Shown here: piece after piece, positions 1 through 13,795 of the stretch
How positions within the stretch are numbered: the stretch's first letter is position 1
How the letters are laid out: each line of letters starts with the position of its first letter
Source: Botryllus schlosseri
Lineage: Eukaryota
DNA: 64,000 bases
Direction: 5' to 3'
Assembly: GCA_051294905.1 (NCBI GenBank)
Contig: CM119372.1
Location: forward strand, 26,166,001 to 26,230,000
Notes under the pieces: generated by a model
The model's database searches: none
Seen by the model: the letters and a program-made list of their open reading frames with translations, nothing else
What the model was told of the DNA's origin: nothing
Position numbers and translations under genes: made by a program

Positions 1-388
1 AACTAGAACCAAGAAAGCGGTCTTTTGCGATGAATAAATGTTGATAGATCGCCAATATCATTGACTTCGCGAACTCAAACTTAATCTCTGTGCCAATATT
101 AAACAGCCGAAAATGCTGCCTGGAGTCAGATGACATATTGCGTTGCATTTCGCCGATACATATGAAAGTATATAAACCCGTGTTTGCAGAACCTCTTCTC
201 GTAATGGACGGTACGGGAATAAAAATATAGAAAGGATTAGTTTTTAAGTATTGACTCCTCACGCATCGCACGCGTAAATGTATTGAGTAAATCCGCTGGA
301 TTACAAAAATGTGTGATATCGTATTAGTGCTGATTGAGTAGAATCGTTTGGGTGGGGGAAGAGTGCATCGATCGTTGCGGCGCTCATT

Positions 389-678
389 TCAAGTCCAGGT
401 TAATATATTGCCCTCGTCTGTAGAAGGTTTGTAATACCGATCTATTCGCATTGACACCTGTCGGTCGAGGATAGGTGATAATCTCCTTCCCCGCACGTTT
501 GGCAACTCATCAAACCCGACTGAGTAAACACAACGTGTCCGTCTTATTCGCATTAGGGTCACGTGTTCGAAATCAGTGCTAATGACCCCAGAATTGATCC
601 GCCGAAAGGGTGGAAATCGTTCTAGAACTTGATACGAACCTGTAATTGCGAGGTTAAGGCGAACATGATACATCATTC
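389..678 (-). CDS. Candidate terminal coding exon of an unidentified - strand gene
   Basis: Acceptor cacttttcag|G at 679-681 on the - strand, then a phase-1 open frame of about 96 codons (MMYHVRLNLAITGSYQV...NILTWT*) in non-repetitive sequence. No homology recognised. Confidence 0.3.
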
Positions 679-1885
679 CTGAAAAGTGCGGTTTTGGTGG
701 GAATCTGATCTAAGTCTGGTCGCATTCACGGTTGAATTCACGGAAGCGACTTTCCCCTTGTCACTTCAAGGATCGCTCGAATTTGGTGGCGACGGTTCAT
801 ATGATGTGAGCAGACACCTGCAGGTCGAAATCAGTACTATACCGCGTGGGACTAAATTTACGCAATTGTCCTTTTCAACAGAGATCAATCAAACCGCATA
901 ATACAGATTACCGATCGCGGAACGAGTGTTTCCCACGAAGTGATAATTATCATCTTCATTACCCCTATAACCTTTAACATCACACTTGCATATAACAAAA
1001 TAAAGACAATCTGTAATAGTTGTCGGTATCACGAGGCGCCTTGAATAGACTCCCGATGTATACTGTCAATTATACTATCACCGCAGCAATCCGATATTGA
1101 ATCGACCGTAACACCAAAATTTATCATATTAGCATGAAGCAATTCTTATACGTTATATATAATTTTATGACCCTATAGCACTTGTACCGCTTATTATGTC
1201 GCAGGTAATCTTATCGATTCATTTCGACAGAGAAATGTGTTGTCGTAGGCTAATCAAAATACATGCGTTTTGTGTCCGTATATGAATGATTGCTCGCATA
1301 ACCTATTCAAACAATCGATATACCCTGCTTCATGAGGATTATGCTTTCATAGATGTGGATTTTAAGACTTCCCAAGAGTTCCAAAGACTTACAAAATGAT
1401 AACAAGAACATCTCAGATGAGAGTGATGTGATGTCACCATGGAAGAATATACATCAGTCGGATTTGAAACTTTACAAGAGTTGATATCTTTTTTTGCACC
1501 TCGCAGGCATAAAAATCGAAGTTTTTCGTCCCTAAGTAAGGCTAAAATTATAGCTGTCTATCGTTATCACGGTGTCCAAGATCGCAGAGTCATTGCTGAT
1601 GCAGCGACGGCGACGCTGTACTATTAATTTGACTTTTTATCCTGTCCGAAAAGAATGTTTGCATTGAAATTGACCAAGTCAGATGAAGTGTGCCGGTCAT
1701 GCTTCCGCATGCCGCGTAATACATCATTTTCGAGGGATGGGGATATGCGAAAACATGACTGAAAATTTCTTGTTAAAGGGAGTACAGACGTTGACGTAAT
1801 GTATTTTTCCTTATTATCCGTTCTATAATTATGCTGGAAAATCCGGATCGTCCATTTAATACCGACATGTCCTACTTATACAAAG

Positions 1886-2143
1886 TAGGGGTCTCAAACA
1901 AGCGACCCGCGTCGAAAACAAACGCAAGAACAATTTTATTCAAATATTTAAAAATGTGAATTTTATTTCGTGGCAGGCCTAAATTGCTTGATAGTAGATC
2001 ACATCGTGCAGAGTCCTGTCAACTAAGACCTACTTGCCTTCTTGGAAAGACATTTAATACCCCTATTATTGGTGCGGTGGCCTGCGACATCATCAAAAAC
2101 TAGGAAATTTAGCCGACAAAAAAATTTGAGTTTGAGAGCCCTG
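1886..2143. mobile_element. Old hAT-type MITE
   Basis: TIRs taggggtctcaaac / gtttgagagccctg; degenerate 8-bp flanks atacaaag / gtgtaaag. Confidence 0.6.
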
Positions 2144-4336
2144 GTGTAAAGCTATGGTCATTGCCTGAACAGTAATACCTAAAGAGAATATTTGTCTAAA
2201 CCGGGTGGTTTAACATGGTCGTTTACAATTGGTGACGTTGCAATATCTATTAGTAGGTGATACTAGATTGTAACTATAGTTCCAATGTTCAATTTCTGTA
2301 CAATCTAGAAACTAATGCGCCCAGTATTGTAGCAAGGCATACGAAGCGTGCCTTCATTAGCGTTGATTAAATTCAAAAGAAGAACTACCCGGGGCACGAT
2401 GACACGTTAGGGTTTTAAGGCCCTTGAAACTGCCAACGAGTGAGATACACCTTGCGCTAAATGTTCCTTATCGGAAGTTAGCGATATTGATTTAGCCTCG
2501 AACGATATTTCATTCCCATGTCTTGGTAGGAAGAGATAATGTGCCTTTTAGCATGGCTACTTTATCAAATTCTCATCGATTACTATTGTAAATATCTCAC
2601 TTTCCGCCAATAGACAGGGGATTGCGGTTCGTCAGTCTCCACAAAGCCTGCGAATTTCCCGATGACCGAGACCATAACGAATTACGCGTCTAATTTACAA
2701 CACTGATGGATAGCCTTTGCTAATAGGATCTGACACTGCAATCGCAGTTGCAACTAATCATCTGCTAAGATATCATCTTAACTTATTCAATCAAATACTT
2801 CTCGAGTATTAATTTTCAAAGACAAATGTCTGAGACTGAATGTCCGGGCAGCAATGACTCCCAAGGAAAATAACGCCAATCCGTGTCAAAACAAATCAAT
2901 GAAAACATGTTGTTGAATGCTTCTAATCTTTCGCAGTTACGGTTATTGCGACCAATATTGGGTTTTACAGACATAGTTGTTGTAACTGAAATACCGCCGC
3001 ACTTTTGTACCAGAATTATCGGTCATATACGTGTCATTGAATCATTCATCGTCTCTCGAAAATACTCCTTATCGCCTGCGATAGCTGCAACATAATAATC
3101 ATGATGAAATATCCAGGCTAAAATAATACTCTCTAATGAATGCTTCTTATGCACCCAATAATCTAAAGTGGTGGGTTTATGGTGTTGACTTACGATGTCA
3201 ATTACGGTTTATCTGTGCGATTGCATCGACGACAAATCCTAACTTGACTCCTTTAAAATTCACATCGTTTAGTCTTGAAAGATCGTTTCCAGAGATTGAA
3301 ACTTGTATGCCGTACCAAATGGGATACGCTGGGCGCTGGCTGAGTTTACTTTGCTTAATCTATTTCCTTCCACACACGAGTCATCAATCACATCATATCG
3401 GCGTGAAGTTCAAATTCGCAAAGTTGTTTTACAGTAAAAAAAAATAACAGCAGCTGAATGAACACGGCCGATCAAAACTGTTGATAAACTGCCAAAAAAC
3501 TCTCATTACGTCCTACCACAAATAACGTAAGTCTAAATTTGAAGAATTATACCCAACTATTGAGCGACTGAACAAACCAATTTCGCACCTTTGCGTATAC
3601 GAAAGGTGAGAATTCTCAATGATGAACGATTGAATTTCCCATAAGGAAAATAAACATTATCGTTACAGCTATTGTCAAGCAGAAGGAAGAATTTATTTTC
3701 ATAGTGTATGGACTAGAAATAAAGCAGATGTATATTCACTGCATTATTGCTGAAATTGTTTATGAAACAATTAAAAAATTCGTTGAAATGGTATCTGTTG
3801 CAAGGCTACTCCGCTTCGCATTCGCACTGCATATTGCGTTGATCTATAATGAAAGAATAAATAAATAACTAAATACCACAAAAATCCAATCTTCTCAATC
3901 ATACCTGTATTGATTTAAAAGCTTTGGCGACTTTAACGAGATTCAAAGCTTTTTTTAATTTTTCGTTTCGCTCTGTGAACCATATCAATACCTATGCTTA
4001 ATCGTTTACCCGAATATTTCTTTTGCAAATCTAAAGCCCAAGTGTAACTTACGATATCTGGATAATAAAACTACTACGTTATGAACAGCACTGAAAATTA
4101 TTCATCGGGCAAGGCATCAGTTTGAAACAGCTTTATTAACTGACTTGGCCATTGAGTTATTAGCAAATTGTGAATTTTCGGAATATTTTAGTGCTGTTTT
4201 CCTTATTATTCCGGTATATTTGTAAAAATATATATTCATATTACCAAATATTATTCCCTCCAGGCGTTCGGTAATCCCCCAGGAAAAGAAGCATTCAGTA
4301 AATGCGGTGAGCCGAATTCCAAGTAAGCCTATAGAG

Positions 4337-5507
4337 CAGTGGTTCCCAACGTGGGCGATATCGCCCCCCAGGGGGCGATTTGGTGGTCTAGGGGGGCGAA
4401 AATAACGAAGGGGGCGATAGGGGGGCGAAAACGGACGAAGGGGGCGATAGGGGGCGAAAATAAAGAAGGGGGCGATAGGGGGGCGATGGCGCCTAAAACG
4501 GCTATATTGGAGTCGGGACCGTAACTACCGCACCCCAAACCCCCCAATTGAGGGTGGGGCGCCCGAAATCGAAGGAAGCCCAAAATTATTTCGTGAATTA
4601 ACATGAATGATAAAGTAATTTTTTAGAAATTCATGCGATTTTTTCAAGAATTTTTCGCGCCTGGCGCGATTTCACATTTTCATGTATCTTCATGTTGGGG
4701 TCCCCGTCACCCAACAAAAATACGCATGATTTATGGAAACGGGAGACTTCGGCTTCGGCCATTACTGCGCCACGACGCACCAAGACATATGAAGTTAGAG
4801 GCCATGTAACATGCGACTCCGAGAAGCGTGCCAGAACTATCATCAGCGAGAAGACCTTGGCCGAAAAGGAATGCCCGTGTGCTGACCGAAAACTTCGATA
4901 TATATACAACATATATGTTTAATTGTCAATAGGCGCCTCAATGGCTGGCGTCGAATGGTCCTGTCCTGGCGACCTTGACCCTACAGGACAAATGCCATCC
5001 CGCAAGGAAAAAATTATTTGCCAGTAAAGAAATACCAATATGAAATCATGTGCGTCTTTTAGTTTGACGATTTCCATATCTTCTGACATAGCAGATATAG
5101 GAGGTCACGAAATAGCATCATGTAAAGAAGTCAATATAACAACGATTCCGCCCGAAGAAGTTTAATTATTATTTAGGAGTCCTACCTTTTCCAATATACC
5201 ACATCGACCATATTGACCGATTCAAACATGAATTATATAAATTTGTCACGCTTCGCGCGCTTCGGTGAAATACGGTGACTCACCAGACAGTACATGAAAG
5301 GGTATAGCTGATATGTAGCGACAAAAAGCCCACTGACTGAGGGGAGTCTGGGGTTTGTTTTATCACCCTATGGGGCCAAAGACCAACATTTTTTTCGGAG
5401 AGGGGGGCTGACGAAGTGCTGTTTTTCGGTTCCCAATATTTGGGGGGCGATGATCGGTGTGGAGCTTCAAAAGGGGGCGATGAGTCGAAAAAGGTTGGGA
5501 ACCACTG
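4337..5507 (+). mobile_element. hAT (Buster/Charlie-type) non-autonomous element, family A copy 1
   Basis: TIRs cagtggttcccaac / gttgggaaccactg; perfect TSD ctatagag (4329-4336, 5508-5515); subterminal GGGGGCGA repeats; inverted copy at 29490-30527. Confidence 0.93.
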
Positions 5508-5515
5508 CTATAGAG

Positions 5516-5770
5516 TGAGGGTTCTTAATCAGGGGTCCGTGGAACCTTTAGGGACACGAAGCACCAAATCAGGGGGTATCAGATACATTGTGGAATTAGG
5601 CTTATACGGCGTCTGGGCCAATTTATTCAACTCAAAAGTTTTCTTGTCAATGATCTGTATGTATTTTAATATAGTTACCATCAGAAGTTGTGTGGGAAAT
5701 GGAAAAAGGTTACGAGAAATTTTGTTAAAAACTCGAGGGGTACGAGCGCTGAAAATGTTAATAAACACTG
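5516..5770. mobile_element. Older hAT MITE abutting family A copy 1
   Basis: Left end gggttcttaatcaggggtccgtgg resembles the 11932 element end; right end gttaataaacactg followed by gcctagag, which resembles the left flank ctatagag. Confidence 0.55.
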
Positions 5771-7580
5771 GCCTAGAGCAAAATTGATTTCACGGTATTC
5801 ATGAGTAAACAAGCTACAGTGCGTGTAACATACAGAAATCTTCACGATTTCTAAAAATTCATTGCCATTGGAATTTCGAGTTCGAATAATAATATGAAAA
5901 TGGACTGGATTAGATCCATGCTTTCGAAAGATGGATTTTTTGATTTCATTATTGACGAACCGAATCGTCGACCCACAACTTTTCCAGTATTGCGGAAAAA
6001 ATACGGAAATCCAAAATCATATAAGGTTTACAAGGTTGACTTGTGGGGTCATATTCCCAACGATTAGCTCAAATGCACAAAATGTGGTATAAACTTCGAA
6101 AAAGAATGGCATACAAATTGGCGACAATCCTTCTCCGGGTTATAGTTGAGGTGGATCTGGTGACTCGAGTAATACACGTTCTTCAAACTCAGGTCCATGC
6201 CAACTATCATGCTTCACTTATGATACACATGTGTATAAAATAGCCAGGATCCATAGCATGTATAGGCGGTCAAGTGGGAAACCAGCGTAGATGAGAAAAA
6301 GGAATCCAGTAATCTACCTCGAGGATCCATCGCGGTTAGCTTACAGTTCAACAAACTGAACCATACTGATCCATCAAAATCAATTGATGAGGATCTCAAC
6401 TGCAGACAAGTGATGCGGCGACGGTCACACAGTGAGGAATAGAAAAGAAAAGCGCTAGTCCCTATCCCGTACTTTCATTTTATCGCACCTTAACATCTCT
6501 ATCGGTGGCGCAGTATAGTGTACACAATAGGAAGCATTTTAATACTTCAATAAATACGAACCAGGTGGTTAGTCAAATTTGATGAGATTACCGGCTTCCC
6601 ATCTCGACTACACGACGGTTTGGTATGGTGTGTGTATGACTCCTTTTGTGTGGTACCCACTTCATCAATTTACTTGTCAGAGCACGGCATAATATCAAAT
6701 CGAATTAACGCAGTGCATCACCGTTATTGCTCGGTCAAAACCAGGAGACTGCCAGCTTGCTGTGGTTTGGTGCGGACAGCTTAGCACTGCAGTGTATCGA
6801 TTTTAAGTTTTACTGCGCGTATTGTTAGCGCACATGAGATGACACGCCGCACATAGGCATGGTGCGAATTCACTGCGTGGGAATTTCCATATTGTGAAAA
6901 GTCGTTTCTACTCAGATTGAAAGACATGTGAAGAGATATCCTATACTTCGTTGCTGAGTCAACGGAAATGAATGGCGATATGACCAAATGAGATAAAGGG
7001 GTTACATCACTGGACGCAACCAAATGGGTACAATCTCCAACACCTTGTCTTCTCCCACTTGGGTCGGTCTTTCTTACTTTTTCTGTCAATGATACCTTTG
7101 AAGCACCTCATTGAGTACCACAGTGTTCGCTGACGATACTGACCTTTTCACTTGCGATGCAAGAACCACTTCCATTGCAGTGTGTCGCTGACTTGCGCAT
7201 GTCACTAGGGTTAGCTCGGATATCAATAATTTTCACTATCCGGATAACGGATATATCCGTATATTTGGAATTTATCGGACCGGTTAACCGAATAATAACT
7301 GCCAAGTGAGACAATCGATTTCACGAGGTTTCCATGAAAAATTAATGTTATTGTTGATCTACGAACACGTGCACGAGCGAATACGAGAAAAATCACGTTA
7401 ATTTAATGTTCACTGCTTCTGCAACGCTCTCCTTATAAGCACAATGCATCAACTGTGGAATCCTGTAGACGGGACCGGAGTTTAATAACAACGAGTCCAC
7501 AATCCACATGCATTGAATGCTCTTTCTGTTTCCACAGAAATGGACTGAATTGTAAGCAACGCTTCGTAGATTATCTAAAG

Positions 7581-8108
7581 CAGTGATTCCCAACCGCGGC
7601 TCCCATCTAGCCTTCTTGCGGCTCACATTGACGTTTGAAAATCCCACAAAATATTAAAAAATCAAATTATAGCAAAAAATTAAATTCATATTCAAAAATT
7701 ACCCTTGCTTGGTTCCAGAGTTAAAGTATCCCAACTTGATAACGAATGCCCAGAAATACGATTCTCTATTGTGAACATATGTATGTGAAGCACTTTTCAG
7801 CAAAATGGTTAGAATGAAAAATTAATATCGCAACCAATTGACCGATGACCACCTCAAGAAGTTACTGCGTACTGCATTCTCTGCAATCACACCTCGCTTT
7901 GACACACCTCTTGAAGCTCTAATCCAATGCCAAGTTGGACATCAAATTGATTTATGTTTTTTTTTTTCTTTTTAGAGTTGCTATTCGTTGGTACGTGCTT
8001 TCATGCTTTATAATTTTTGTTATACCTAATGCGTTTATTCGTGCGGCTCCAAACGTACTCTGTAATTCAAAATGAGGCTCCGACACCAAAAAAGGTTGAG
8101 AATCACTG
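7581..8108 (+). mobile_element. hAT (Charlie/SPIN-like) internal-deletion derivative with transposase C-terminal remnant
   Basis: TIRs cagtgattcccaacc / ggttgagaatcactg; TSD atctaaag / gtctaaag. About 7715-7903 translates to PELKYPNL..*TYVCEALFSKMVRMKN*YRNQLTDDHLKKLLR..ITPRFD, the hAT C-terminal dimerisation motif with stops. Confidence 0.88.
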
Positions 8109-9039
8109 GTCTAAAGGTTGGCAGGTCATTTCCCAGAAACGCCGAAAACTTTTTACATTCCTTTTGGACCATTCTTCTGTTTAGGTTTACAGTACTCGAA
8201 GGACGGATTATAGCTGATACTGGAATTGATGCCGACATGATAGCTCGCTCTAATTCCCCCTCGAGAAATTCACGTGATCAGGCGCGTAGCCAGCCCGAAA
8301 ATAAAGGGTGGATTGAAATAATATGAGGGGGTTTCGATTTTTGTTGAATTAAGCATCAGTGGAAAACCATTACGCAAGCACGCACGCACATGTTTGCGAA
8401 CATCCGATTTTATTCAGTGTCGCGATGTCACCCTTTAATCGCAATCGCTAATCAGCATACACTTTTAACGGCATTTTGTCTTCGAGCCATCAAGTGATAG
8501 GAGCCAACGCATGCTAGGCCCGAGACGCGATAGTTAGGCCAGCGATGATATCTTTCGTACCAGGCCTATTGCAGATGCGATTGTGTAGGCCACCGAAAAT
8601 ATCGTGATCACCAAGCTAAAGCAGATACGATTGTGCAGGCCAGCGAGGGTATAGTGTGCAGTGTGCACACTGCACAGGACCTATTGCAGATGCGATTCTT
8701 CAAGCCAGCGGAACTAGGCTTGTTGAACATGCGATAAACCAAACCAGCGACGATAGCCGAGCGCGAGGCGATCAACGATCTAATTTCGCGATCATCTCAG
8801 CGAGCCTACTAAGATCTGACAAAGTAGTGTCAGATAGTGTCAGCTTTATATTTGTATTCAATGATGATGCATACCTTCTGAAACAAGAAATTCGTTTGCC
8901 ACTTGCATAAGCGCCTTTGCAATATTTCTCTGCGTGTTCTGTGATTTCCCTCGGCCAAAACAGACATGTAGGCTACTGCGGTTTCCATCACAATAAGCCA
9001 GTCATGCTTTAAGTTTATGTGAAGCAGCTGTTGTTTGCT

Positions 9040-9063
9040 CATCATCATCATCATCATCATCAT
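9040..9063 (+). repeat. (CAT)8 microsatellite
   Basis: Direct reading. Confidence 0.95.
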
Positions 9064-9449
9064 GTATTTAGTAAGTCAACATGTCCTGAATTAATATTAA
9101 ATCATTATCTGCCAACCAACCTACAATGCGCTTACAGAATCACTGCCGTTAGCAAACTCCTTTAACAACTAATCAGGAAGCCACTAACGTCGTGATCATT
9201 GAAGCATAGCCAATTAGCCAACCAAGAGTCGCGATTTCGTGGTTAATAGTCTTGTTGCCGTTCTATGGTCGCTGGCACGCCCACTCGTCGGTAGCTACTT
9301 TCAAACGCTTCGCGACAAATCTTAACGACTTTCCTGTGAGCATATTCCAGGCTCATTGCTGTTTTTTTTTAAATACTCTATAGAATGAGACCTTGATACC
9401 CAACATTTTTGAGATTTTCCAAATTTTGGACAACCCTATTGTACAGTTG

Positions 9450-9536
9450 AACCGGGGCCGATGATATTCAAGTATCGTAGGCGATACTGGAGTATATTCG
9501 AAGTATATTCGATATTCAGTATCGTAGGCCCCGGTT
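9450..9536. mobile_element. Tiny hairpin MITE-like element
   Basis: Inverted ends aaccggggcc / ggccccggtt; its right arm tatcgtaggccccg recurs in the palindrome at 45542. Confidence 0.55.
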
Positions 9537-9574
9537 GTACACTATTGAGTATTGACGCCGCGCACCAATTGTTT

Positions 9575-9828
9575 CATAGCAATGCTTTGAGAGGAAAGCA
9601 AGACATTTTTGTGGTATTTGCAGTGTTAACCGAGTAAAATGTATAGTATAAACCTTTGTAATTTCAATATCAAAGGCTGAAACTTACTTCTATTACTGCA
9701 TGACCGTAATAATGACTGTCAGTTTCCAGCTTCAGAGCTATCTCATAGCAATTTGAGTGTAATATAGGATCTGGGTTTATTTAGCGTCCACATCTGGGTT
9801 TTTCCGAAATATCCTAGTGACATCTCTG
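9575..9828 (+). mobile_element. Right-end fragment of the family at 18668-19693
   Basis: Aligns by eye to about 19445-19693 (gtgttaaccgag.aaaatgtat...aatataggatctgggttt...tttttccgaaatatcc.agtg.catc.ctg). Confidence 0.75.
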
Positions 9829-10587
9829 CTAAAAAGTGTAAAACACATTAGCAACGATACTCTTTTATCCGGTTAACCGGCAGAATCATATATCCGGATA
9901 ACAGATAGAGAAAAAATCTGCGGTTAATCGGTTACCCTAGTACGGACAATTCAAAAGAAATGTCTTCATTGTAATTATTGTCCGTTGCGCACTTCTTGTA
10001 TTTCTGGGTTCTGATGTTTCATGAACTAACCCAGCTAGTTCCCTATGGCTTCTAGGTTAAGACACGCATGTATAATTGTATTATTATATTATATTTCACA
10101 GCTTTTCAATTTGAGGGATGTTACAGCCTTGCGTGGATGAAAAAAGTTACAGTGCGGATGGGGGACGTGGTGCAGATGAGTACAGACGGAAAGAGAACAT
10201 TTGTTACTTTTTCTGACGTGGGATAATTCAAATTAACTTATTAGGAAATTTAAGTGCAGTGGCTCCCTAACTTTTGTAGTTGCGACGCAATTGTAAGAAC
10301 TTGTTTGACTTACGACGCACCACTAATGGTAGCTTTTACAATACCTTTATCTCATACCAGCCTTATAGTGACTTAATATTTGTTTACTATAATTATTACG
10401 TAATCAAAAGTAGATGACTGGAAAACGACTGTAGAGGCATGCATATACACCGAATCAGCACGTTAAAATACACCTCAATTTGAAATCGTGCGCGTCAGAC
10501 GTGTTTTATAGAGCTGCGTTACGTACGACTGTTTTCTGCGCGTTCTCTATGTCACACATGCCCGTAAATGTAGCATACTATATAAAA

Positions 10588-10676
10588 ATATACGTATTGA
10601 AAAATACGTATACGTATATGTATACATCATACGTATAGAAAAATACGTATACGTATACGTATACGTCATACGTATA
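10588..10676. repeat. Degenerate (TATACG)n / TACGTA simple repeat
   Basis: Direct reading. Confidence 0.8.
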
Positions 10677-10971
10677 GCAAAATACTACTGAGTTGGCGAA
10701 AATCAGCACCGAAGTGACGCTCCGGCGAGTATTTCCGGAGCTGTGTGGCAAGTTGACCTTTTTTTTCAGTCAACCACCTGACAATGTGAAGGGAAAAACT
10801 GTATTTTGTGTGCTGAGCGGGAGAGTTTACCTTTTTGTTAGTCAACCGACCACGAAGTGTGAAAAATGTACCATTTTTGATAGTTCTCCTCCGGTTATGC
10901 AAGTCTGAAAATTCTGAAAAAGTGTCCTCTTTTCCGATTTCCAAAATGTGATAACCCTTGTATACACTTGC

Positions 10972-11124
10972 CACGACCTCGTCATCAGATCTGCGTAAGC
11001 GGTGTCTTAAAGTCTAGAAGTAGGTCTGCTACAAGTCGGCATATGCGGAATCATAATACAGATTATCGGCCTGGTGTGAATGACCATGGCCACTGTAGTC
11101 GAAAACCCCATAAATATCACAACT
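10972..11124 (+). mobile_element. SINE 3' body fragment (family of 53812-54089)
   Basis: gcgtaagcggtgtctta...gctacaagtcggca...tatcggcctggtgtgaatgacca matches the body of the full copy. Confidence 0.8.
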
Positions 11125-11383
11125 ACCATACGTACATTCGTTTGAAATTAGCATTGTGGCGTTATAGGTTCATTTTCTCTATGTTCACAGAGAACCTTTG
11201 GATAACCGTTCTCGTTCACACGAATAACAGACAGCCATTCAATCATCCCTAATACCAACAATTATATCGATTGAGATGAGGCTGTATTATAAGAGAGCTA
11301 TGTTGTGAAGATTGTGACGTCACTTGTTTTGGACTTCACAATTCTTCCATTGCATACCTTCACAGCTGAGTATGTGCAGCACC

Positions 11384-13795
11384 CAGGGCTGTGGAGTCGG
11401 CAAATTATAGCACCGACTCCGACTCCACACATTTTCAATGGACCGACTCCGACTCCTGAGTTTTTAAACGTACCGACTCCGGCTCCAACTCCGACTCCTC
11501 AGTCTTTAAAAATACCGACTCCGACTCCGACTCCGACTCCAACCCCGACTTCAACAGTACTACCAATTTACTTCGAAAATTATATACCACAGTGACGGTT
11601 AAATGACTATCATATAACCATTGAACATATGCAAACATATGAGTAACGCTGGCCTGCAAAATTGTTTCATTGTGGCACAGCTCGAATTATTCACGATGCA
11701 TGAAAGATTGTTTTTCTAAATTTCCTTTATTTTTTCATATTTCATCAGTTTTCATAACATGGACTCTTTAATAACCTAATATGTATGAATCATTCGAACA
11801 CGACATACATCCCATACTGTATAATTGAAATGTAGATAAAACAATCGAAGTGTTGCTCTTGTGTATGAGTCAGCAACTAATACAGAGATGCATTTTACTG
11901 ATTTTCTGATTACACACTGCACTGATTACAGCAGCGGTTCTCAACCAGGGGTCCGCGAAGCATTTTCAGGGGGTCCGCGAAGCCTCAAGATATTTGATAA
12001 CCTAATTTGTATTTTTTTATTCGGAAAATCGCGAGGAAGTTTCGTTTCATTACTAGCAAAACTCCATAGCTCAAATCAACAGAATGGCGGTCTGAGATGA
12101 AATATCCTACTGTGCAGACTTATTTTAATTGCTAAATTCCCCATTGATACAATCATTTTGCTGTTTACAGATTTTATGTTGGGGATTGCGGGAAATACTA
12201 GTTGGATGAGTAACGTCAATCACGGTGACTTCGAAATGCTTACAAAAATCCATTTTCTCCTGTGATACATATAGCCATTCTTTCCATACTAACTTCAAAA
12301 TAAGCTGCTAGATAAAAATGACCAGGCTTGACGTTAGATGTTCAGTTCATTAAAAAAAACTGTTTGTCAATTTTGGTGCCATATTTGTTGACATCATGCC
12401 CAAATGTGTCGTCGTATGCGTTCCGCGTTGTTATTACATTCGCCACCATCTATATTTGTGGAAATGGATTTTCGACACTCGTTCATGTCAAATCGAAAGC
12501 GCGGATTTTCATGACACAATCTTGTATTTCAAGAAATGCAGTTGCAGAATTCGCTTTGAAATAATAGAAGTCAACCCAATTTCTACATGAATAGTATGAT
12601 CGTATTTTCAAGAAAATTCATTTTGTTGTTGTTTATCACTAAGGCTATAGTTATCATTCGCACAGGGCAGATGACGATTGCACGATAATTGAACTAAATT
12701 AGAACTAAGACTTCGTGGGGGTCCGCGGGGGTCCGTGACGGTCCGAACGGGGTCCGCGAAGACAAAAAGGTTGAGAACCACTGGATTACAGGCACACACA
12801 CACATAGTCTCACACTACTAATTGACATTGGTCATAAACGAAATTTAGGAAGTAGTCAAATAGCATATGTCTAGTCAACATGCACTTAGTCAAGTATTCA
12901 AGGACTAGGACTTGCAGTCTTTCTTATTCATTTGTTCGACCTGAGCAGCTAAGGTAACCCAAAAATATTTTTAATTTTGTCAAGTGGGTAGGAGCGTTTG
13001 GTTATATTTACATCAATTTTACAACTAGACGATATGTTTGCTCTGTCACGATATCATGGTATGATTCCAAAAATTGCATCAATTTGGGACTGCATTGCGA
13101 AGATGCATGTTGCTTCTTTCTTCCTCTATGCATCTGAATTGTATTTTGCAAATAATGTTCAATTCTATCTATGTCAGGGGTGGCTAACCTTTTCGGCCAA
13201 AGGGTAGCTTGAGATTTACGAACCATTGCGCGGGCAACTTGAATGTTGGTAGCCTTTTTTTAGTAGTCGCCCGATAGGAACGAACCGAATTCGGTAACAG
13301 TGAAAACAAGACTTATATGACTACGTTTTAAAATTGATACCAATTATGTCATGAAAACTTACTGTGCAACTGTACAGTGTACACTGTACAGTGGCTAGGA
13401 CAGGATTATTTTGCGTTTTAGACATAGTAATATCAACGGTTTCGGTGAACAGGGATCTGTCATTCTGCGCAAATGTTTCATCGCCGACGATCTCGCTCCG
13501 AGCGCGCAAGCGAAGTCCCGTAGTGGACGACACGTTATCTCCTAATTGCGAGTATAGTTGGAATCAATTTTGTAAATTACGCGTATTTATAATTTCTAGG
13601 AGGGTTTCCGCTAGTAAATGCAAGAAATGTGACAATAAATCAAGCGAAGTGCTAAGAGAAAATTGAAGTCAAATAAATCTGCTACGGTATATTCCACTTT
13701 ATGGTCATATACGAAGATCTGCGCTGAATGTCGCTGGCCCCTGGTTACGCCTATGCGTCGATTAGCCATACTCCGAATCCGACTCCACAGCCCTG
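11384..13795. mobile_element. hAT MITE with (CCGACT)n subterminal repeats, carrying nested insertions
   Basis: TIRs cagggctgtggagtcgg / ccgactccacagccctg; TSD gcagcacc / gtagcacc; contains the 11932-12783 element and another hAT-like left end near 13175. Confidence 0.88.
11932..12783 (+). mobile_element. Nested hAT (Buster/Charlie) deletion derivative with transposase remnant
   Basis: TIRs cagcggttctcaacc / ggttgagaaccactg; perfect TSD gattacag. 12397-12504 encodes CPNVSSYAFRVVITFATIYICGNGFSTLVHVKSKAR (compare the Buster-type FATTYLCESGFS motif). Confidence 0.92.

Noticed and set aside
4329..4922. Duplicated ORFs also seen at 29926-30528
   Set aside because: They lie inside two copies of a non-coding MITE, have low complexity and show no transposase motifs.
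8830..9063. Poly-Met ORF, and the Cys-Val repeat ORF at 48027-48302
   Set aside because: Artefacts of the (CAT)n and (TG)n microsatellites.
7206..9939. Single large element bounded by tagggtta.../...gttacccta
   Set aside because: TIR similarity is weak and the flanks (catgtcac vs gtacggac) do not form a TSD.
11305..11659. Pro-Thr-repeat and Glu-Ser-repeat ORFs
   Set aside because: They are translations of the (CCGACT)n subterminal repeats of the 11384-13795 MITE.
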